From: Halioglobus sp.
Lineage (GTDB): Bacteria; Pseudomonadota; Gammaproteobacteria; Pseudomonadales; Halieaceae
Assembly (NCBI GenBank): GCA_020443325.1
Contig: JAGRIK010000356.1
Coordinates: 39,479 to 103,478, forward strand
DNA: 64,000 nt
Direction: 5' to 3'
Positions 31,176 to 43,329 of this stretch are shown here, piece by piece. The position numbers were made by a program, and so were the translations under genes. How positions within the stretch are numbered: the first letter of the stretch is position 1; every line of letters starts with the position of its first letter. The notes beneath the pieces were generated by a model. It was not told the origin of the DNA. It made no database searches and saw only the letters and a program-made list of their open reading frames with translations.

Positions 31176-32393
31176 TCAGGTTTTTCCCTGATACCGGTCC
31201 GAGAACCCCAACAAATACAGAATCGCATCCAGGCCCAGCGTCGATATCGATTGCTCCGCTGACTTTTGCACCAGCGGCTTGGCCCGGAACGCAATACCCA
31301 GACCGGCAATACTCAACATGGGTAAATCGTTCGCGCCGTCACCGACGGCAATGACCTGCTGCAGGTCTATGCCCTGCTCGTCGGCCAGTTGCTGCAACAG
31401 CTGGGCCTTGCGCGCACCATCGACAATGGGGCCCTTGATCTCACCGGTGACCCGCCCCTCGGCCGTATCCAGTTCATTGGCATGGATATAATCAATGCCC
31501 AATCGGGCCTGTAAATAGCGCGCGAAATAGTTAAAACCGCCCGAGAGAATAGCGGTCTTGTAGCCGAGTGTGCGCAGGGTGGAAATCAGGTGTTCCGCGC
31601 CCTCGGTGATTTTCAGTTGCTCGGCAACGCTCTCCAGTGCGCTCTCATCCAGTCCTTTCAGCAGGGCGACCCGCGTGCGAAAGCTCTCGCAGAAATCGAT
31701 CTCGCCACGCATCGCGCGCTCCGTTATCGCACTGACCTGCTCACCCACACCCGCCAGCTTCGCCAGCTCATCGATGACCTCGGCCTCGATCAGGGTGGAA
31801 TCCATATCGAACACGACCAGGCGCCTGTTGCGGCGATACATATTGTCCTGTTGAAACGCGAGGTCCATCTCCATCGCACTCGCCACCTCCAGCAGCTCGC
31901 GCCGGAACGCGGCGGAGTCGCGCAAGGTCCCACGCGCCGAAAACTCCAGGCACGCCTTGCTGAGAGCCGGCAATTTGCCCAGCGGAATGCGCCCCGACAG
32001 ACGGTTGATGCCGTCGATGTTGAGCCCATGCTGCGAGATAACGCGCGTTACCCTGGCGAGCTGGTCCGAGGTGATCTTGCGCGACAACAGGGTAACGATA
32101 TACCGCGCCTGGCCCTGAGCCTCGACCCACTGGCTATAACTCTCCTGGGAAACCACGCTGGTCACAACCCGCAAATCGCGCCGCAAAGCGAAATTTCGCA
32201 CCGCCCCTGCCACCTCCTCACTGGAGCAGCCCTCCGGCAACTCCACCAGCAAACCGAGTGACAGCGCGGCGTGTATGACAGCCTGCCCGATATCGAGGAT
32301 GTTCACGGAATACTCTGTGAGAAGCGCTGTCAGCCCAGCGGTTACGCCGGCCTGGTCTTCACCACCGATAGTAATAAGCAAAATCTGGTTCAC
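31176..32393 (-). CDS. serB: Phosphoserine phosphatase with ACT domains
   Basis: LVVFDMDSTLI, SGGF, VGDGANDLPML; probable GTG start at 32393. Confidence 0.95.
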   Translation of the reverse strand: MNQILLITIGGEDQAGVTAGLTALLTEYSVNILDIGQAVIHAALSLGLLVELPEGCSSEEVAGAVRNFALRRDLRVVTSVVSQESYSQWVEAQGQARYIVTLLSRKITSDQLARVTRVISQHGLNIDGINRLSGRIPLGKLPALSKACLEFSARGTLRDSAAFRRELLEVASAMEMDLAFQQDNMYRRNRRLVVFDMDSTLIEAEVIDELAKLAGVGEQVSAITERAMRGEIDFCESFRTRVALLKGLDESALESVAEQLKITEGAEHLISTLRTLGYKTAILSGGFNYFARYLQARLGIDYIHANELDTAEGRVTGEIKGPIVDGARKAQLLQQLADEQGIDLQQVIAVGDGANDLPMLSIAGLGIAFRAKPLVQKSAEQSISTLGLDAILYLLGFSDRYQGKT

Positions 32394-32574
32394 ACTACGG
32401 GTTCCACAAGTTATTCCGGGGCGCCATTCTACCCGCTCGCGACAAGCCCTGAAAAGGACGCCTGTGCGCTGCCGGTGCGAGATATTCACGGCGTAACAGT
32501 TACAAAGCGGGCATTCGCCACCGAGTCTGGTTTATACTAGCCCCCTTCGCAACCCGGTAAGTCAATCATCGCGC

Positions 32575-33825
32575 GTGAGTAACCGCTTTAATCACACCAG
32601 TCTCGGCCACCAACTGGCGATCATCAGTGCAGGATTGTGCCTGCTGGTGAGTCTCGCCCTGATCGCACTGGGCGCAGTATCCACACGCCATACGCAAATG
32701 CTGCTGCAGGAAGAGTACGGTACCTCGCTGGCCAGGCTGGTCGCGATACGTATCAGCACGGCAATGGAACGCGGAGACCTGCTCAGTGTTTCGGCCACGC
32801 TGCAACGCCTGCGCGAAACCTCCTCTGTACAGGCCATCACCATAATAGATGTCGATGGCAAGGCGCTGGGGCAGGCGGGTGAAGCACGCGGGCAGAACCT
32901 CTATCAGTACAGCGCGCCGGTGCACATCGAAGCCGATATAGCCGGGCAAATCGTGATCACCATCAATGCAGATAACGCCCAGGCGGCACAGTCGCGGTTT
33001 TTATTCAGCATGCTGGGGCTGGCAGTACTGCTGAGCCTTGCGGTATACGCGGGGAGTCGCCACCTTGGACAGCGCCTGGGCAACAAGCTCGCCGGCATGT
33101 CCCGGAAAATCGCGCTGGACGATGAAGACCCCGCGCACCAGCCGTCCAACGAGGTGCTGAGGCTCGAGCGGCATATCGATGCACTGCCGATGGACGTGTT
33201 GCGCACTCGCAGCGAGCCGGGCCCGCAGGATGAAAACTACCGCACCACGGCCGTTGTCTATTTGCATCTCACCAGCCTCGTCAACTACGTGGATACGCTG
33301 GACGAACGCGCTCTGCAGCGGTACACAGCGCGCCTGCACCAGGTGGTTTACGCCGCCGCCGGCTTTTACGCCGGGGACTTGCAGGTTGCACGCCAGTTCG
33401 GTCTGGCGATCTATTTCAGCGGGCACAACAGCGCCGGCAGCGCGGCTTTCCGGGCTGCTTCTTGTGCCTGGCTGGTGCGGGCGGTGAGCCATGAACTGGA
33501 AAAGGAGATGTCTCTCTCACTCTCTATCGCGATGGCCATCTCGCAGAGTGAGTTGGGTGTGGGCAGTGGTACTGACATCTATCCGGGACTCTACACGCAG
33601 CACACTCTGGATGAGCTGCAAGCGGTGTGCGCCAGCAAACCTCCCAACATCCTGCTTTCACCCGCGGCCTGCGAGGACATCGACGTGGCGGGTCGCTTGC
33701 AACACCGCCCTACCGAAGTGATGGATTACGCTGTGATCGAAGAGTTTGCTGGCCCCTACCAGGATCTATTGGAGCGGCAGCTGCGCCTGATCCTGAAGCG
33801 CCTGACGGATGCCGCCAAGCACTGA
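32575..33825 (+). CDS. AhpA/YtjB-family membrane protein with degenerate class III cyclase-like C-terminal region
   Basis: Two TM helices flanking a D-LS-containing periplasmic segment; divergent from serB, the usual position of smp/ytjB; C-terminal alpha/beta pattern. Confidence 0.6.
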   Translation: MSNRFNHTSLGHQLAIISAGLCLLVSLALIALGAVSTRHTQMLLQEEYGTSLARLVAIRISTAMERGDLLSVSATLQRLRETSSVQAITIIDVDGKALGQAGEARGQNLYQYSAPVHIEADIAGQIVITINADNAQAAQSRFLFSMLGLAVLLSLAVYAGSRHLGQRLGNKLAGMSRKIALDDEDPAHQPSNEVLRLERHIDALPMDVLRTRSEPGPQDENYRTTAVVYLHLTSLVNYVDTLDERALQRYTARLHQVVYAAAGFYAGDLQVARQFGLAIYFSGHNSAGSAAFRAASCAWLVRAVSHELEKEMSLSLSIAMAISQSELGVGSGTDIYPGLYTQHTLDELQAVCASKPPNILLSPAACEDIDVAGRLQHRPTEVMDYAVIEEFAGPYQDLLERQLRLILKRLTDAAKH

Positions 33826-33849
33826 GATTCACCCGTTCACAACCGGTAC

Positions 33850-36102
33850 TCAGGACTCGACCACCATCCGATCCACTTTTTGAAAACCGCGCGGGAGTTT
33901 GTTTCCGCGTCGGCCACGCTCGCCCAGGTAATGCTCCAGGTCCTTCAGCTTGAAGCTCTGGTGCCGTTTGCCCGAGTGGATTACCAGCGTGTCCTGCGCA
34001 GTAAATACCTGGATATCCACGACAAACTCTTCCCGCGCCTGCACTCTGGCCGACGGAATATTGATTATTTTATTGCCCTTGCCGCGCGCCATCTGCGGCA
34101 GATCCGCGAGCGGGAATATCAGCAGGCGCCCCTCACTGGAGACAGCGGCAACCAGCGTGTCCTCCACCGCACTGATCGCTGCCGGCTGCAGCACCTGTCC
34201 GCCCTTGGGAAGGCTGATGACGGCCTTGCCCGCGCGGTTTTTAGTCTGCAGGTCACCCAGTTTGGCGACAAAGCCATAACCGGCGTCGCTGGCCAGCAGG
34301 TAGAGCGCATCGTCTGAACCCATCATCAGGCCACCAAAGGACGCCCCGGAGGGAGGGTTGATCCGACCGGTCACCGGCTCACCCTGGCCGCGGGCCGAGG
34401 GCAGGTTGTGGGACGGAACACTGTAGGCCCGACCGGTAGAATCGAGAATGACGACCGGTTGATTGCTGCGACCAAAAGCGCACATTTTATAGCTGTCGCC
34501 GGATTTGTAGCTGAGGCTGGTCGGATCGATATCGTGGCCCTTGGCCGCCCTGATCCAGCCCTTCTCCGACATCACTACCGTGATCGGGTCGGCGCTCACC
34601 AACTCGAGTTCACTGAACGCCTTCGCCTCATCCCGCGCGACCAGCGGCGAGCGCCGGTCATCTCCAAACTGCTCAGCCACCGCCAGCAACTCTTTCTTGA
34701 TCAGGGTTTTCAGCCGGGCTTCGCTGCCCAGCACTTTCTCCAGCTGGTCGCGTTCGTCCTGGAGCTCATCCTGCTCCCCGCGAATACTCATCTCCTCGAG
34801 CTTGGCCAGGTTGCGCAGCTTCAGGTCCAGAATGGCTTCGGCCTGGATATCGGAAATACCAAAGCGCGCAATAAGCGCTGGCTTGGGTTTATCTTCGGTG
34901 CGGATGATATGAATCACCTCATCGATATTCAGGAAGGCAACCAGGTAGCCCTCTAGAATATGCAGGCGCTTGAGCACCCGCTCCAGGCGGTACTCCAGGC
35001 GGCGCCGGACGGTATCGGTGCGAAACTTCAACCACTCCTTGAGCAGGCGGTCCAGGCCTTTCACGCCGGGGCGACCGTCGATACCGATCATGTTGAGATT
35101 GATGCGGTAGCTGCGCTCCAGATCGGTGCTGGAGAACAAATGGCTCATCAGGGCGTCCAGGTCGACGCGGTTGGAACGCGGCACTATGACCAGGCGAGTG
35201 GGGTTTTCGTGGTCTGACTCATCGCGCAAGTCCGACACCATTGGCAGCTTTTTGGCCTGCATCTGCTGGGCGATCTGCTCCAACACCCTGGACCCGGACA
35301 CCTGGTAAGGCAGGGCGTTGATCACGATATCACCGCCGTCGCGCTCCCAGACCGCGCGCATGCGCAGCCCACCGCGCCCTGTCTTGTACATCGCCAGGAT
35401 CTCTTCGCGCGGCGTGATGATCTCCGCATTGGTGGGGAAGTCCGGGGCCAGCACATGCTGGCATAACTCCTCTACCGTGGATTTCGGTGATTCCAGCAGA
35501 AGCACCGTCGCCGCCACCACCTCGCGCAGGTTGTGTGGCGGAATATCGGTTGCCATGCCCACGGCAATCCCCGTCGTGCCATTGAGCAGCACATTGGGCA
35601 CCTGCGCGGGCAGTACCGTCGGTTCATCGAGCGTGCTGTCAAAGTTCGGCGTCCAGTCCACCGTGCCCTGGCCGAGTTCACCGAGCAGGACATCTGCATA
35701 GCTGGTCAGGCGCGACTCGCTATAACGCATCGCGGCGAAGGATTTTGGATCGTCGGGGGAGCCCCAGTTGCCCTGCCCGTCGACCAGCGGGTAGCGATAG
35801 CTGAAATCCTGCGCCATCAATACCATGGCCTCGTAGGCCGCGCTATCACCGTGCGGATGAAATTTACCGATTACATCACCAACGGTACGGGCAGACTTCT
35901 TGAATTTTGCTGTGGATTTCAGCCCCAGCTCACTCATCGCGTAGACGATACGTCGCTGCACTGGCTTCAATCCGTCGCCGACGTGCGGCAGGGCACGGTC
36001 GAGGATGACGTACATGGAATAATCCAGATAGGCCTTCTCGGCGTAGAGCTTGAGTGACACCTGCTCGGTGCCGTCGCTATCGATTTCCAGAATATCAGTC
36101 AT
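33850..36102 (-). CDS. parC: DNA topoisomerase IV subunit A
   Basis: [47 protein letters not shown]. Confidence 0.97.
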   Translation of the reverse strand: MTDILEIDSDGTEQVSLKLYAEKAYLDYSMYVILDRALPHVGDGLKPVQRRIVYAMSELGLKSTAKFKKSARTVGDVIGKFHPHGDSAAYEAMVLMAQDFSYRYPLVDGQGNWGSPDDPKSFAAMRYSESRLTSYADVLLGELGQGTVDWTPNFDSTLDEPTVLPAQVPNVLLNGTTGIAVGMATDIPPHNLREVVAATVLLLESPKSTVEELCQHVLAPDFPTNAEIITPREEILAMYKTGRGGLRMRAVWERDGGDIVINALPYQVSGSRVLEQIAQQMQAKKLPMVSDLRDESDHENPTRLVIVPRSNRVDLDALMSHLFSSTDLERSYRINLNMIGIDGRPGVKGLDRLLKEWLKFRTDTVRRRLEYRLERVLKRLHILEGYLVAFLNIDEVIHIIRTEDKPKPALIARFGISDIQAEAILDLKLRNLAKLEEMSIRGEQDELQDERDQLEKVLGSEARLKTLIKKELLAVAEQFGDDRRSPLVARDEAKAFSELELVSADPITVVMSEKGWIRAAKGHDIDPTSLSYKSGDSYKMCAFGRSNQPVVILDSTGRAYSVPSHNLPSARGQGEPVTGRINPPSGASFGGLMMGSDDALYLLASDAGYGFVAKLGDLQTKNRAGKAVISLPKGGQVLQPAAISAVEDTLVAAVSSEGRLLIFPLADLPQMARGKGNKIINIPSARVQAREEFVVDIQVFTAQDTLVIHSGKRHQSFKLKDLEHYLGERGRRGNKLPRGFQKVDRMVVES

Positions 36103-36185
36103 TTTTCCCTAACTACTTGGCATTGTTAACAATAGTGGTGTTGCAGCGAGGCTTTCTGAAAGGCTTACCGTGACCCAACCGGTGC

Positions 36186-37007
36186 CTACTCCAGGTGCTT
36201 GTTACCCGGCAGGTTTTCCTGCGAGCCGACCAATTGCTCGTTGAGGTTGACGATAGAGTTCGCCATGTCGATCAACAGACTGTGTATGGTGGCCGGATTG
36301 CTCTTGATGAGTTCAGTAAATTGTTCCTTGGGAACCTTCACGACGGAGCAGGTGGTTTTGGCCCTGACGGTTGCACTGCGATCCGAGTGCGTCAGCGCCG
36401 CCATCGCACCGAATATCTCGCCGTCGCCAATGCGCCCCACATTGACATCATCAACCAGTACTTCTGCGACACCCGAGCTCATGTTGTAGACGTAATCTGC
36501 CCGATCTCCCTGGCGGATAATAATCTCACCGGGTTCGTAGACTTCAAAACCCGGCGTAGCGGGCTTCTCCTCCTGCAGGTTGGCCGCAGTAATGCGCAGC
36601 ATCAGGCCAGCGTAAGTCACCAGAAGGCGTGTCCACAAACGGATCGCCGCCGGCTCGTTAAAGACCCGCTGCATAAATTCCAGCGCGGGATAACAACGCA
36701 GCTGGGCACCGGCATCGCTGCCGTAGTACACGGCGATATGCGGATCCTGGCCACCGGCTATATCCGGCAGCAGGATATCGCCCACTTCCATCGTGTAAAT
36801 GGTTTTATCCTGGTAACGGGCAGTGATGGAGCCCTGCTCCACTACATAGAATTGCCCGCCGTCAAAGCCGCGAAAGTTGCCGGCCGGGGTAACATCTACA
36901 TCGAGAGGCATCGCCGGCATTTTCACTACATCCAGCAGTGCGCCAACCAGTTTTTCGAACTGCTGGCTCAACGCTGATATATCCTGAGCGTCAATATTTA
37001 CCAACAT
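36186..37007 (-). CDS. Cyclic-nucleotide-binding protein (CbpA-like, no HTH)
   Basis: C-terminal IIRQGD...GEIFGAMA...RSATVRA; degenerate N-terminal cNMP-like segment (FYVVEQG...GDIL). Confidence 0.8.
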   Translation of the reverse strand: MLVNIDAQDISALSQQFEKLVGALLDVVKMPAMPLDVDVTPAGNFRGFDGGQFYVVEQGSITARYQDKTIYTMEVGDILLPDIAGGQDPHIAVYYGSDAGAQLRCYPALEFMQRVFNEPAAIRLWTRLLVTYAGLMLRITAANLQEEKPATPGFEVYEPGEIIIRQGDRADYVYNMSSGVAEVLVDDVNVGRIGDGEIFGAMAALTHSDRSATVRAKTTCSVVKVPKEQFTELIKSNPATIHSLLIDMANSIVNLNEQLVGSQENLPGNKHLE

Positions 37008-37171
37008 GCTTTAAGCCCTGCTCTGTTTGGATTGGGGGTGGTATTCGTATCCCCCGCTGCGGCTGTTACCACCCGGATCGGGGACCTATAGTAGCAACTA
37101 AACCGGCATCCGAGAACGACACTCTCAACTTTTGTTAGAATCCACCATCGTGCTGTAGGAGTACTACGAGT

Positions 37172-37636
37172 ATGCAGTGGGATACCCTGCTTTTTAACGA
37201 ATTGACCACTCCCTGGCTATACGCCGTGCTGCGCTTGCGCCAGGAGGTCTTTGTTGTTGAACAACGCTGCGCCTACCTGGATCTCGACGGCCTCGATCAC
37301 CAGTCGACACACATGCTCTGCAGCAGCGGTAACGAACTTCTCGCCTACCTGCGCTGCCTTCCACCGGGGCTCGTTTACCCCGAAAGCGCACTGGGACGCA
37401 TCGTGGTGTGCCCAACCAGGCGCGGTCAGGACCTGGGCAGGGAATTGGTGCAGCGGGGCATTGATCACAATCTGACTCGGTGGCCGGGGCACGGCATCCG
37501 GATCAGCGCCCAGTCTCACTTACAACCGTTTTACGCTTCGCTGGGTTTTGTCGGGGAGGGTAGTGAGTACCTCGAGGACGATATCCTGCACCGGCAGATG
37601 CGTTACCAGGCGCCTAGCATTCCAGCAGAAAGGTGA
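37172..37636 (+). CDS. elaA: GNAT acetyltransferase, ElaA family
   Basis: [44 protein letters not shown]. Confidence 0.88.
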   Translation: MQWDTLLFNELTTPWLYAVLRLRQEVFVVEQRCAYLDLDGLDHQSTHMLCSSGNELLAYLRCLPPGLVYPESALGRIVVCPTRRGQDLGRELVQRGIDHNLTRWPGHGIRISAQSHLQPFYASLGFVGEGSEYLEDDILHRQMRYQAPSIPAER

Positions 37637-38051
37637 CCGGCCCGTCGTTCACGAGGCTGACCTGCATGTCAGCGCCGAACTCTCCCGCTGCCACTACGGG
37701 GTGGCGCTGGCGCAACCGGGCGAGGAAGTAATCGTATAGTTGCACCGCCTCGGCAGGCGGCATTGCCGAGGAAAAGCTCGGCCTGAGCCCTTTACGGGTG
37801 TCCGCCGACAGCGTGAACTGTGACACCAGCAGCACGCCGCCGCCGACATCTGCGACACTGCAATTCATACGGCCTTCCGCGTCGGCGAAAACGCGGTACG
37901 CCAGCAGCTTTTCCACTATGCGGTCAGCCGCCAGCCGATCATCGTCCTTATCCAGGCCGAGGAATACCAGCAAACCCTGTTCGATCTCGCCGACGCACCT
38001 TGCATCCACCGTCACGCTGGCCCGGCTCACACGTTGCAACAAAGCCTTCAC
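37614..38051 (-). CDS. dtd: D-aminoacyl-tRNA deacylase
   Basis: [29 protein letters not shown]. Confidence 0.97.
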   Translation of the reverse strand: MKALLQRVSRASVTVDARCVGEIEQGLLVFLGLDKDDDRLAADRIVEKLLAYRVFADAEGRMNCSVADVGGGVLLVSQFTLSADTRKGLRPSFSSAMPPAEAVQLYDYFLARLRQRHPVVAAGEFGADMQVSLVNDGPVTFLLEC

Positions 38052-38068
38052 AACCAGGGCGTCCGGCC

Positions 38069-39880
38069 TCAGCCGCGCGCGGCTTTGCGGCGTTCATGCT
38101 CCTGCAACAATTTCTTGCGCAGGCGGATGCTGAGCGGTGTAACCTCCACCAGTTCATCGTCCTCGATAAATTCCAGCGCCTGCTCCAGGGTGTGTCGTAC
38201 CGGGGGTGTCAGCGTGAGCGCCTCGTCCGTACCGGATGCGCGCACATTGGTCAGCTGCTTGCCCTTGATGGGGTTTACCGCGAGGTCATTGCCGCGGCTG
38301 TGCAACCCGATGATCTGTCCCTCGTAGACTTCCACGTTCGGATCCACAAAGATGCGACCGCGCTCCTGCAGGTTAAAGAGCGAGTAACCGAGCGCTTTCC
38401 CCTTGACCATCGACACCAGGACGCCGTTGGCGCGGTGGATAATTTCCGCGTTCTTGACCGGCCCGTAGTGGTCGAAAACGTGTGTGAGAATACCGCCGCC
38501 CGATGTCAGTGTCATAAACAGGGAGCGGAAGCCGATCAGGCCGCGGGCGGGGATAATAAACTCCAGGCGCACCCGACCCTTGCCGTCCGGCACCATATTC
38601 TCCAACTCGGCACGGCGCAGTCCCAATTCTTCCATCACAGCGCCCTGGTGCTTCTCCTCGCAATCGATGACCAGTTGCTCAAAGGGTTCCTGCATGACCC
38701 CGTCCACTTCCTTGCGAATAACCTCGGGTCGGGATACGCCCAGCTCAAACCCCTCGCGGCGCATGGATTCGATCAGCACTGACAGGTGCAGCTCTCCGCG
38801 CCCGGAAACCTTGAATTTATCCGGCGAGTCACCGGGCTCCACACGCAGGGCCACGTTGTGAATCAGTTCCCGCTCGAGTCGATCCTTGATATTGCGCGAC
38901 GTGACGAATTTGCCTTCCTTGCCGGCAAACGGTGAGTCGTTGACCTGGAACGTCATGCTGACGGTGGGCTCATCCACCGACAGGGGCGGAAGGGCTTCCG
39001 GACAGGCCGGATCACACAGCGTGTCGGAAATATTCAGGCCCTCGATGCCGGTAACGCACACGATGTCACCCGCCTCGGCGGCCGCGACATCGATCCGGTC
39101 GAGCCCCATGTGGCCCATCACCTGCAGGACTTTGCCCTTGCGCTTGCCACCCTCGCTATCCACCACCACGACTTGCGTATTGGGCGTCAGCTTGCCGCGC
39201 GTAATCCGGCCGACACCGATCACGCCCACGTAACTGCTGTAGTCCAGCGCACTGATCTGCATTTGCAGGGGGCCGTCGGAATTCACTGCGGGGGCGGGTA
39301 CTTTCTCGATCACCGTTTCGAACAAAGGCTGCATGTCTTCGGCCATCTGCTCGTGATCCAGCCCGGCGATACCCATAATCGCGGAGGTATAAATAATGGG
39401 GAAGTCCAGCTGCTCATCGGTGGCACCGAGGCGGTCAAACAGGTCAAAAACCTGGTCCACAACCCAATCGGGCCGCGCGCCCGGGCGATCCACCTTATTG
39501 ATGACCACAATCGGGTTGAGGCCCTGCTCAAACGCCTTGGAGGTCACAAAGCGGGTCTGTGGCATCGGGCCGTCCACAGCATCCACCAGCAGCAGCACGG
39601 AATCGACCATGGACAAAACGCGTTCCACCTCGCCGCCAAAATCGGCGTGTCCCGGGGTATCAACGATATTGATGCGGTAGTTGTTCCACTCGATCGCCGT
39701 GTTCTTGGCCAGAATGGTGATGCCTCGCTCCCGCTCCTGGTCATTGGAATCCATAATGCGCTCGGCGCCATCAGAGCGTCGGTCGAGCGTGCCGGATTGC
39801 TGCAGGAGGCAGTCTACGAGCGTGGTTTTACCATGGTCTACGTGAGCAATAATGGCGATATTGCGAAGATTATCGATCAA
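38069..39880 (-). CDS. typA: Translational GTPase TypA/BipA
   Basis: [34 protein letters not shown]; probable TTG start at 39880 after GAGGT. Confidence 0.97.
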   Translation of the reverse strand: MIDNLRNIAIIAHVDHGKTTLVDCLLQQSGTLDRRSDGAERIMDSNDQERERGITILAKNTAIEWNNYRINIVDTPGHADFGGEVERVLSMVDSVLLLVDAVDGPMPQTRFVTSKAFEQGLNPIVVINKVDRPGARPDWVVDQVFDLFDRLGATDEQLDFPIIYTSAIMGIAGLDHEQMAEDMQPLFETVIEKVPAPAVNSDGPLQMQISALDYSSYVGVIGVGRITRGKLTPNTQVVVVDSEGGKRKGKVLQVMGHMGLDRIDVAAAEAGDIVCVTGIEGLNISDTLCDPACPEALPPLSVDEPTVSMTFQVNDSPFAGKEGKFVTSRNIKDRLERELIHNVALRVEPGDSPDKFKVSGRGELHLSVLIESMRREGFELGVSRPEVIRKEVDGVMQEPFEQLVIDCEEKHQGAVMEELGLRRAELENMVPDGKGRVRLEFIIPARGLIGFRSLFMTLTSGGGILTHVFDHYGPVKNAEIIHRANGVLVSMVKGKALGYSLFNLQERGRIFVDPNVEVYEGQIIGLHSRGNDLAVNPIKGKQLTNVRASGTDEALTLTPPVRHTLEQALEFIEDDELVEVTPLSIRLRKKLLQEHERRKAARG

Positions 39881-40004
39881 GGGGATTACCTCATGGTGCA
39901 AGTGCACCGTAAAAAAAGGCGCGGATTATACCCCATCGCCCCGCGCGAGGCTGCTAGAGAGTTGTGTGAAATGTGTACGAATAAAGCGCGCCGGATAACC
40001 CCGC

Positions 40005-41453
40005 TCAGGGGGCGTAAACCTTGATATCCAGCGCCTTCTCATCGATCAGGTGGCTCGCGTGGAGGCGGCTCATTACACCTTTGCCGCAATAAAGCATATA
40101 CGTATTGCCTGAATCGAGCTCCCCCGCCCGGCTGTGCAATTCGTAGAAAGGGATTTTTACCACCGGAACGTGCAACTTCAGCGGCGCCATCTCCTCCTCG
40201 TCCGGGTGGCGGATATCAATGATGGTGCCGTGCGCCAGGGGCACCGACAGCACTTCCACATCGGTGCGCTGCAGGTCCTCCTCGGCCAACCGGTCTATCC
40301 GTATCTGCCGCTTGTTGGCGACAGCCCTGTCCAGTATCGCCATATCGAAGTAGCGCTCCTGCGCCTCGGTGCGGTCCAGCTTTGCCCGCGTTGTGGGCCG
40401 CACTGAAATGACACCGCAGTACTCGGGCATATTGGCCGCAAAAACGGCTGTGCCGATCTGTTCCGCTATGCGCATGATCTCTTCCTTGTCGGTGGCGATC
40501 AACGGGCGCAGTACCAGCCGGTCGGTGACACGATCAATCACCGACAGATTGCGCAGCGTCTGGGAGCTGACCTGGGCGACGCACTCGCCCGTGACCAGCG
40601 CGTCAACCTGCAACTCCTCCGCCAGGCGATCAGCAACCCGCAGCATCATGCGCTTGAGGATGACTCCCATATAACTGTCCTGGACCTTGTCCAGCAGTTC
40701 CGCCACGACCTCCTCAAACGGCACGGTGATAAACAGTACCCGCTGCCTGCCGCCATACTGCTGCCACAGGTGCAGCGCAACCTCCTTCACCGCCAACTCC
40801 TGGTCCCGACCCCCGAGTTGGAAAAACAGGAAGTGTGTGCGCATACCCCGCTTCATCGTGAGGTAGCTGGCCACCGGGGAATCGAACCCTCCCGACATCA
40901 GGGAGAGCACTGGATCAAGGCTGCCAACCGGGTAGCCACCCGGGCCGCGATGGCGGGCGGCGACAACAAACAATGCCTGCCCACTGATCTCCAGTTCCAC
41001 CGTGACATCGGGGTTGTTAAGCTTGACGCCGGATGCCTGTGTGCGGGCCAGCAACGCACCACCCACCTGGCGCTCGACATCAAGCGAAGTGAACGGATGG
41101 CTACCGCTGCGCCGGCAACGCACCGCGAAAGTCCTCCCGGCAAGCCGTGATACGTATACCGGCAGCACCTGCTCCACGATGTCATCGAGCCCCTCCAGGG
41201 GGTGCTCCTGCACCTCAAGCACCAGCGTCACGCCCGGCGTGCTGCACATCGTATGGACCAGCTGCGCCAGGGTCTGCTCATCGCGCACGCTGGTTTCCAC
41301 GCGCAACTTGTCCCAGCTCCTGCGCAACACCACATCCGGGTCGATGTCGCGCAACACGGCGCGCAGGTTTTCCTCCAGTTGGCGAACAAACTGTCGCCGG
41401 ACCGGCTTACTCTTCATAACGATTTCAGAGAAATACTTGACAACGAATTGCAT
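40005..41453 (-). CDS. thiI: tRNA 4-thiouridine synthase (THUMP, PP-loop and rhodanese domains)
   Basis: SGGFDS, QVSSQTL, MPEYCGVIS, YCGKGVMSRLHA. Confidence 0.96.
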   Translation of the reverse strand: MQFVVKYFSEIVMKSKPVRRQFVRQLEENLRAVLRDIDPDVVLRRSWDKLRVETSVRDEQTLAQLVHTMCSTPGVTLVLEVQEHPLEGLDDIVEQVLPVYVSRLAGRTFAVRCRRSGSHPFTSLDVERQVGGALLARTQASGVKLNNPDVTVELEISGQALFVVAARHRGPGGYPVGSLDPVLSLMSGGFDSPVASYLTMKRGMRTHFLFFQLGGRDQELAVKEVALHLWQQYGGRQRVLFITVPFEEVVAELLDKVQDSYMGVILKRMMLRVADRLAEELQVDALVTGECVAQVSSQTLRNLSVIDRVTDRLVLRPLIATDKEEIMRIAEQIGTAVFAANMPEYCGVISVRPTTRAKLDRTEAQERYFDMAILDRAVANKRQIRIDRLAEEDLQRTDVEVLSVPLAHGTIIDIRHPDEEEMAPLKLHVPVVKIPFYELHSRAGELDSGNTYMLYCGKGVMSRLHASHLIDEKALDIKVYAP

Positions 41454-41551
41454 TGAGGCCATAACCATTGCGTCTGAACAGGGCGGGTATTATACGGACT
41501 TCGCTCTGGCAAATGTGTAGACCATTCATGCCATCCTGCCATTTTGGAAAT

Positions 41552-41589
41552 TGCACCAAAATGTAGCACGTTCGCATCATTGTGGTGCG
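41552..41589 (+). promoter_or_regulatory. Tandem NtrC binding sites upstream of glnA
   Basis: TGCACCAAAATGTAGCA (41552-41568) and CGCATCATTGTGGTGCG (41573-41589) approximate TGCACCA-N3-TGGTGCA. Confidence 0.75.
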
Positions 41590-41660
41590 CGCGTGGTAGT
41601 CGATCTGTAATTGCGAGGATAAACCCTTTAAATTTCAGTAGGTTGCCTGAAGCGCCTTTA

Positions 41661-41676
41661 TGGCACAGCTTTTGCT
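41661..41676 (+). promoter_or_regulatory. Sigma-54 (-24/-12) promoter of glnA
   Basis: TGGCAC-AGCTT-TTGCT with canonical GG-N10-GC spacing. Confidence 0.85.
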
Positions 41677-41781
41677 TTTATTGAGACTTCTGATAACACC
41701 TGTAGCGCCTGCACTGCTGGCGACAGGTAACAACACGGGCCGGCGTGGCTGGTCCGACTACTGCCCTACGGAGACCAAAAA

Positions 41782-43188
41782 ATGTCAAAGAACACCCTGA
41801 AGCTGATTAAAGATAACGAAGTCCGCTGGGTAGACCTGCGCTTCACCGACACCCACGGCAAGGAGCAGCACGTCACCATCCCGTCCAAGGAAGTGACTGC
41901 AGGCTTCTTCGACGGCGGCAAGATGTTTGACGGTTCTTCCATCGCCGGCTGGAAAGGTATCAACAACTCCGACATGGTGCTGGTCCCCGACGACTCCACC
42001 GCGGTGCTGGACCCCTTCACGGACGATGCTACCCTGATTTTGCGCTGCGACGTCGCCGAGCCCTCCACCATGCAGGGTTACGACCGCGATCCGCGCTCAA
42101 TCGCGCAACGTGCAGAAGACTACCTGAAGTCCACCGGTATCGGCGACACCGCATTTTTTGGGCCCGAGCCAGAGTTCTTCGTTTTCGACGACATCAAATG
42201 GCAGGTCGACATGAGCGGCTGCAGCGTCAAGATTCACTCGGATGAAGCCGCCTGGGCCTCAGACCACAAATTTGAAGAAGGCAACACCGGCCACCGGCCC
42301 GGCGTTAAAGGTGGTTACTTTCCCGTACCGCCGGTCGATTCGCTGCACGATATCCGCGCCGCGATGTGTACCGCGATGGAGCAGATGGGTCTCGACATCG
42401 AAGTACACCACCACGAGGTTGCGACTGCCGGCCAGTGTGAGATCGGCGTCCGTTTCAGCACGCTGGTGAAGAAAGCCGACGAGGTGCAGATACTGAAGTA
42501 CTGCGTACACAATGTCGCTCACGCCTACGGTAAAACCGCCACCTTCATGCCCAAGCCCATCGTCGGTGACAACGGCTCCGGTATGCACGTGCACCAATCG
42601 ATCTCCAAAGGCGGAGAAAACCTGTTCGCGGGCGACGGCTACTCCGGCCTGTCCACGGAAGCCCTGTATTACATTGGCGGCATCATCAAGCACGCGCGTG
42701 CGCTGAACGCCTTCACCAACTCTTCTACCAACTCGTACAAGCGTCTGGTACCCGGCTTCGAAGCACCGGTAATGCTGGCCTATTCAGCCTGTAACCGCTC
42801 AGCGTCAATTCGTATTCCCTACGAAGCCAACCCCAAAGGCAAGCGTGTTGAGGTTCGCTTCCCGGATCCCTCAGCCAACCCTTACCTGGCGTTCGCCGCC
42901 ATGTTGATGGCCGGCCTCGACGGTATCCAGAACAAAATTCACCCCGGCGACCCTTCTGACAAGGATCTGTACGACCTGCCCCCGGAAGAGGGCAAGGCCA
43001 TTCCTACCGTTGCCTCCAGCCTGACCATGGCGTTGGAAGCCCTGGATGCCGATCGTGAATTCCTCACCCGCGGTGGCGTGTTCTCTGACGATATGATCGA
43101 TGCATTCATCGAACTGAAGTCCGAGGAGGTCCAGCGCCTGGATATGACAACGCACCCTGTTGAGTTTGCGATGTACTACTCCTGCTAA
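41782..43188 (+). CDS. glnA: Glutamine synthetase type I
   Basis: [41 protein letters not shown] adenylylation loop. Confidence 0.99.
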   Translation: MSKNTLKLIKDNEVRWVDLRFTDTHGKEQHVTIPSKEVTAGFFDGGKMFDGSSIAGWKGINNSDMVLVPDDSTAVLDPFTDDATLILRCDVAEPSTMQGYDRDPRSIAQRAEDYLKSTGIGDTAFFGPEPEFFVFDDIKWQVDMSGCSVKIHSDEAAWASDHKFEEGNTGHRPGVKGGYFPVPPVDSLHDIRAAMCTAMEQMGLDIEVHHHEVATAGQCEIGVRFSTLVKKADEVQILKYCVHNVAHAYGKTATFMPKPIVGDNGSGMHVHQSISKGGENLFAGDGYSGLSTEALYYIGGIIKHARALNAFTNSSTNSYKRLVPGFEAPVMLAYSACNRSASIRIPYEANPKGKRVEVRFPDPSANPYLAFAAMLMAGLDGIQNKIHPGDPSDKDLYDLPPEEGKAIPTVASSLTMALEALDADREFLTRGGVFSDDMIDAFIELKSEEVQRLDMTTHPVEFAMYYSC

Positions 43189-43206
43189 GATCTGCAGCAA
43201 TACCGG

Positions 43207-43235
43207 AAAAGCCCGCTTATGCGGGCTTTTTTTTT
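43207..43235 (+). terminator. Intrinsic terminator after glnA
   Basis: AAAAGCCCGC-TTAT-GCGGGCTTTTTTTTT. Confidence 0.9.
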
Positions 43236-43329
43236 GCGACAGACCATCACAGTTACCGCTTTTGATGCTCTTGTATCAGGACAATTTCTGGTAGGGTATG
43301 CGCATTCGCGACCACATGAGATTACATTC

